This document shows positions 57,819-64,000 of a DNA stretch of 64,000 nucleotides, piece after piece. The position numbers and the translations under genes were made by a program. Position 1 is the stretch's first letter; each line of letters opens with the position of its first letter. The notes under the pieces are model-generated. The model was not told the origin of the DNA. It made no database searches and saw only the letters and a program-made list of their open reading frames with translations. The stretch is from Pseudomonadota bacterium. Lineage in GTDB: Bacteria; Pseudomonadota; Alphaproteobacteria; Rhizobiales; Hyphomicrobiaceae. The stretch is from contig JAEZRM010000095.1 of assembly GCA_023412805.1 (NCBI GenBank), forward strand, positions 54,109-118,108. Reading direction: 5' to 3'.

Positions 57819-58268
57819 CTAGACCGCGACGCCGGCATCGGCTTTGGCCAGCAGCTTGAGGACGAGATCGGCGCCCGCAATCGATTCCTTGGCGAGATCG
57901 ATCGGCGTGCGGCCGCCGAGCATGGGATGCTCCTGGATCATGAAGCGCGCGGCCCGTCCCGCATCATCGTGATAGACGCGCAGCACCTCGTAGAAGACCT
58001 TCGAAAGCGCCCAGACCTTTTCGCTCTCGTCCTTGGTGAGGGCGTGCTTCCGACGATGGAGCGTCGACTTCGGAATGATGTCCGTCGCGCGGACGAACTT
58101 CCCCTGCGGATCGATCCGTTCCATGACGACCGTCGCCGTCTTGACCGGAAAGCCCTTGGCAAGCCGCTCCACCAGCCCAAGATCATCCACTTTGGCCCAG
58201 TCCGACAGGCCCATGAATTTGGCGATCCGTCGGGCCTCGGAAACGGCCCCACTTTCAGCCGTCGGCAT
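57819..58268 (-). CDS. Xre-like/DUF2384 antitoxin (MbcA/ParS-type)
   Basis: ...LTKDESEKVWALSKVFYEVLRVYHDDAGRAARFMIQEHPMLGGRTPIDLAKESIAGADLVLKLL is the canonical DUF2384 C-terminal domain. Confidence 0.8.
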   Translation of the reverse strand: MPTAESGAVSEARRIAKFMGLSDWAKVDDLGLVERLAKGFPVKTATVVMERIDPQGKFVRATDIIPKSTLHRRKHALTKDESEKVWALSKVFYEVLRVYHDDAGRAARFMIQEHPMLGGRTPIDLAKESIAGADLVLKLLAKADAGVAV

Positions 58269-58424
58269 GGCAGCACCTCCGCTATTCCACATGGAACAGA
58301 TATAGTCTCATTTGGCACCAACCACAAGGCCCAGGCGGGCGCGCGCATCTGCCTGTTGCGCTTGGGCTGGAACGTGCTATGCCCAGGCCACCCCCCAATT
58401 CTGTCCGGGTTCAGTACTGCCGCG

Positions 58425-59582
58425 ATGAATGTCGTCACTTCGACCGACGGGCTTGCCGCCCTTTGCCGCGAGCTCGCACAAAGCCGCTATGTCGCTGTCG
58501 ACACAGAGTTCATGCGCGAGCAGACCTTCTGGCCGAAGCTGTGCCTCGTGCAGCTCGCCGGCCCTGATGCCGAGGCTGTTGTCGATCCGCTCGCCGAAGG
58601 CCTCGACCTCGCGCCCTTCTGGGATCTGATGACGGACCGCGACGTGGTGAAGGTTTTCCACGCCGCACGCCAGGATCTCGAAATCGTGCACGTCAAGACG
58701 GGCGCGCTGCCGGCCCCCGTGTTCGATACGCAAGTCGCGGCCATGGTCTGCGGGTTCGGTGACAGCATCAGCTACGTCAATCTGGTCAAGCGCATCAGCG
58801 GCGAGGATCTCGATAAAAGCTCTCGCTTCACGGACTGGAGCCGCCGCCCGCTCAGCCAGAAGCAGCTCCAGTACGCGCTCGGCGACGTGACGCACCTGCG
58901 TAAGGTCTATACGAGCCTGCAGAAAATGCTCGAAACCTCGGGCCGCGCGCACTGGCTCGACGAAGAAATGGCGACACTGCTCGATCCCGGCACGTACGAG
59001 ACGCATCCCGAGGACGCCTGGCGCCGCCTCAAGCTGAAGGTGCGCGGGCGCAAGTCCCTCGCCGTGCTGATCGAGCTTGCTGCATGGCGCGAGCGCGGGG
59101 CCCAGGGCCAGGACGTGCCGCGCAGCCGCATCATCCGCGACGAGGCGCTGTACGACATCGCGAATCAGATGCCGACGGAGACGAAGCAGCTCGCCGAGCT
59201 GCGCACGCTGAGCGACGGCTTCTCGCGCTCCCAGCGCGCGAAAGAAATCATCGACGCCGTCAAACGCGGTCTGGCGCGCGATCCGGCCACGCTCCCCTCG
59301 GTCAGCTCGCACGCGCCGTCCTCGGGCGACGTCAACGCGCTTTGCGATATGCTGCGGGTGCTGCTCAAGGCGGCGGCCCAGCGTCATAAGGTGGCGCCGC
59401 GGCTCATTGCCGATGCCGATGACATCGAAGCCATCGCAAGCCAGCGCAATCCGGATGTACCGGCCCTCAAGGGCTGGCGGCGGGAGCTCTTCGGGGAGGA
59501 TGCCCTGCGCCTCAAAGCCGGCGAGCTGGCGCTCACGGTCCGCAATGGCGAGGTCATCGCCATTCCGACGACGAAGAAATAG
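58425..59582 (+). CDS. rnd: Ribonuclease D
   Basis: Start at ATG 58425. VAVDTEFMREQTFWPKLCLVQLAG (DEDD exo I), VFHAARQDLE, YALGDVTHL, and HRDC region. Confidence 0.92.
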   Translation: MNVVTSTDGLAALCRELAQSRYVAVDTEFMREQTFWPKLCLVQLAGPDAEAVVDPLAEGLDLAPFWDLMTDRDVVKVFHAARQDLEIVHVKTGALPAPVFDTQVAAMVCGFGDSISYVNLVKRISGEDLDKSSRFTDWSRRPLSQKQLQYALGDVTHLRKVYTSLQKMLETSGRAHWLDEEMATLLDPGTYETHPEDAWRRLKLKVRGRKSLAVLIELAAWRERGAQGQDVPRSRIIRDEALYDIANQMPTETKQLAELRTLSDGFSRSQRAKEIIDAVKRGLARDPATLPSVSSHAPSSGDVNALCDMLRVLLKAAAQRHKVAPRLIADADDIEAIASQRNPDVPALKGWRRELFGEDALRLKAGELALTVRNGEVIAIPTTKK

Positions 59583-59809
59583 CCCGTCCGCTACCGGCCG
59601 CATCGGGATCTGCGCGCCTGCCCAAAAATGCGCCCCTGATCTTGCGCGCGACCGGCTAGCGGAGGCCGCTGCGTCGCTTTATAAGGCTTCCAATCGCCCG
59701 GTCACCGTCCGCCCGTCCCGCCTGACGAACGGTGCTTGCCGTGCACTCACGTGCCCGGGTCCCGACAACCTCGATCGACTGCCGGATCGCTGCAGGAGAC
59801 GTGCCCGTC

Positions 59810-62503
<2,694 letters not shown>

Positions 62504-62558
62504 GGTCCAGATGCCAATCGGGTGCGGGCAGAGCTCGCACCCCCTCAGATGGTTAAGA

Positions 62559-62594
62559 AGCTCCTGTCCGATCGGACAGGAGCTTTTTTCTTTT
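62559..62594 (+). terminator. Rho-independent terminator of acnA
   Basis: agctcctgtcc-gatc-ggacaggagct followed by ttttttctttt. Confidence 0.8.
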
Positions 62595-62688
62595 GCCTCA
62601 TGCACATTATGAGCGTGTCGCCGCACCCCTCGGCGGCATGAAGAAGAGACCCTACTCTGACTTTGCTTCCGCCTCCCCCTCGAGAAGC

Positions 62689-62714
62689 AAAAAGGGCCGC
62701 CCGCTGGGCGGCCC
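62689..62714 (-). terminator. Rho-independent terminator of the porin gene
   Basis: Minus strand gggccgcc-cagc-gggcggccc followed by ttttt. It is located 33 nt downstream of the porin stop. Confidence 0.7.
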
Positions 62715-62746
62715 TTTCCGTAAGTTCTTGTCGCTAACCGATCCGA

Positions 62747-64000
62747 TTAGAAGCGGATGCGGGTACCGGCGAGGACGAGGTGGAGGTCTTCCGCCGAATC
62801 TCCACCAGTGGCGCTGCAGAGATCGCAACCGCCGCTCAGGCTGTAGTTCTTGTAGACCAGCCAGAACTCCATCGCAGCCGCATCGACATGCTGCACAACA
62901 CCGACGCCCCAATGGGTCAGCTTGTCGCTCGACGTTGCGTCAATAAAGGTGTCCTGCGAGTTGCCCTTCCACTGGCTGTACTCGCCGAACAGAACCGTGT
63001 CGCCGAGGCCGAAGAAGTTCCGAGCAACACCGCCTGAGAGATAGTAGAAGCTCGAGCTGAAGTCCGCATCGGGAGCCGCCGTCGGCGCAGGCGCCGTGGA
63101 AGCGCGAAGACCGCCGAGATGGGTAACCCCGCTGTAGTCACGATCACCGGCGGCACCCGTGAAGAACAGTCCCGTCGGCATGTGGCGGATCGAGAGTGAA
63201 CCGGCGAGTTGCTCCAACTCCTTGGAGCAATTCTCCGCGCAGGTGAACGCCCCTGTGGGACCATCGTACTCGGACCGAACACTGTAGCCGATACCAGCGG
63301 CGATGCGGACACCGTTGAACTCGCCCGCGTAGCGCAGCGCGACATCCCAATAGTTGTCCTCGCCGACCGAGGCTCCGAGCGTGAAGCCCGCAATCGTCGG
63401 TGTGCGATACTGGATGTGCTGGTTGCGCTCGTTCAGCCAGTCACCCGACGAGCCCTGGAAGAAATTTCCCCAGGTCGCATTGGAGAAGCCGCCGTCCCGC
63501 GTACGGATATTGAACCCCGACGAGTGCAGCCGCACGTCGTTCGACGCGCCCATGCCCTTGCCGGACAGGTCGATCAGGATGATGTTGTTCGCAGCCGACG
63601 AGCCATGACCGAGCGAGACGCGACCAAGACGGCTATGCTCTACCCACGCCATGGCCTCACGCAGGTTATGCCCCGAACCGCCGGCGTCGTCGCCGGCTGT
63701 ACCGTTCACGGTCATGCCGTTGCCATTGGCCTGGTTCACGGCCGACGAGTTGCTGCCGAACGCCTCGAACTCGTAGAGGAAGCCGGCTGTGATCTCAGGC
63801 GAGATCTTGGCCGAGCCGCTCATGCGCCAGCGCGAGTTGGACTGCGTCGGTCCCGCGACGTACATATCGCTCTGGATACCATCGTCCCAGAACATGAGCT
63901 GCTGCGAGATCTGACCCGAGATGGTCAGCGAGACCTTCCGATTGCCCTTGCGGGCCGTCGTCGCCTCGAGCTCAGCAACACGCTCCTCGAGGTCGGCGCA
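62747..64000 (-). CDS. Outer-membrane porin (alphaproteobacterial porin family), 5' end beyond the window
   Basis: The reading frame continues upstream of the ORF-track Met: ...CADLEERVAELEATTARKGNRKVSLTISGQISQQLMFWDDG, the typical coiled-coil N-terminus of this porin family. The C-terminus ends LAGTRIRF (terminal Phe). Confidence 0.85.
   Translation of the reverse strand, partial: CADLEERVAELEATTARKGNRKVSLTISGQISQQLMFWDDGIQSDMYVAGPTQSNSRWRMSGSAKISPEITAGFLYEFEAFGSNSSAVNQANGNGMTVNGTAGDDAGGSGHNLREAMAWVEHSRLGRVSLGHGSSAANNIILIDLSGKGMGASNDVRLHSSGFNIRTRDGGFSNATWGNFFQGSSGDWLNERNQHIQYRTPTIAGFTLGASVGEDNYWDVALRYAGEFNGVRIAAGIGYSVRSEYDGPTGAFTCAENCSKELEQLAGSLSIRHMPTGLFFTGAAGDRDYSGVTHLGGLRASTAPAPTAAPDADFSSSFYYLSGGVARNFFGLGDTVLFGEYSQWKGNSQDTFIDATSSDKLTHWGVGVVQHVDAAAMEFWLVYKNYSLSGGCDLCSATGGDSAEDLHLVLAGTRIRF

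Noticed and set aside
58377-59603. 408-aa minus-strand ORF opposite rnd, and similar ORFs at 28763..29752, 26400..27290, 48111..49691 and 61130..62044
   Set aside because: All are antisense to confidently assigned genes and show the Arg/Ala/Gly/His-rich pattern of shadow ORFs.

Overview
High-GC alphaproteobacterial chromosome segment; the order (Hyphomicrobiales/Rhizobiales-like) is inferred from gene content, the porin type and the hairpin-rich intergenic repeats. Housekeeping flanks are clpP-tig-tRNA-Leu, msrA, a TAXI-type TRAP transporter, an IlvD-family dehydratase, purMN, rnd, acnA and a porin. They surround a 30.7-kb segment (about 11.1-41.9 kb) bounded by an intact tRNA-Asp gene and a duplicated copy of its 3' half, which is the classical signature of a tRNA-integrated genomic island. 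I found no integrase, and both island ends carry gene wreckage. The island encodes pqqABCDE plus two PQQ-dependent sugar dehydrogenases, KatE, YdeP, a PaoABC-like molybdo-oxidoreductase, YciF, a GSP26-like protein, a PRC-barrel protein, CinA, a UdgX-like uracil-DNA-binding protein, several SDR/ADH enzymes, and an uncharacterised operon ending in an SDR-SPW-VKOR-like fusion. The main finding is that nearly every transcription unit in the island is preceded, mostly about 20-90 nt upstream of its start codon (about 35 nt for the best-placed sites), by a GGAAC-N16/17-(C/T)GTT motif. This is the alphaproteobacterial general-stress sigma-EcfG promoter type. Two of these sites are palindromic, so the same 27-28 bp reads as a promoter on both strands between divergent genes. 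Other observations: an unannotated 36-aa pqqA, a tandemly duplicated sigma32-like promoter repeat upstream of clpP, two related REP/MITE-like hairpin elements, a RES-Xre toxin-antitoxin pair among housekeeping genes, and tandem retropepsin-like protease paralogs. All functional calls rest on motif and family recognition by eye. No database search or statistical scan was run.
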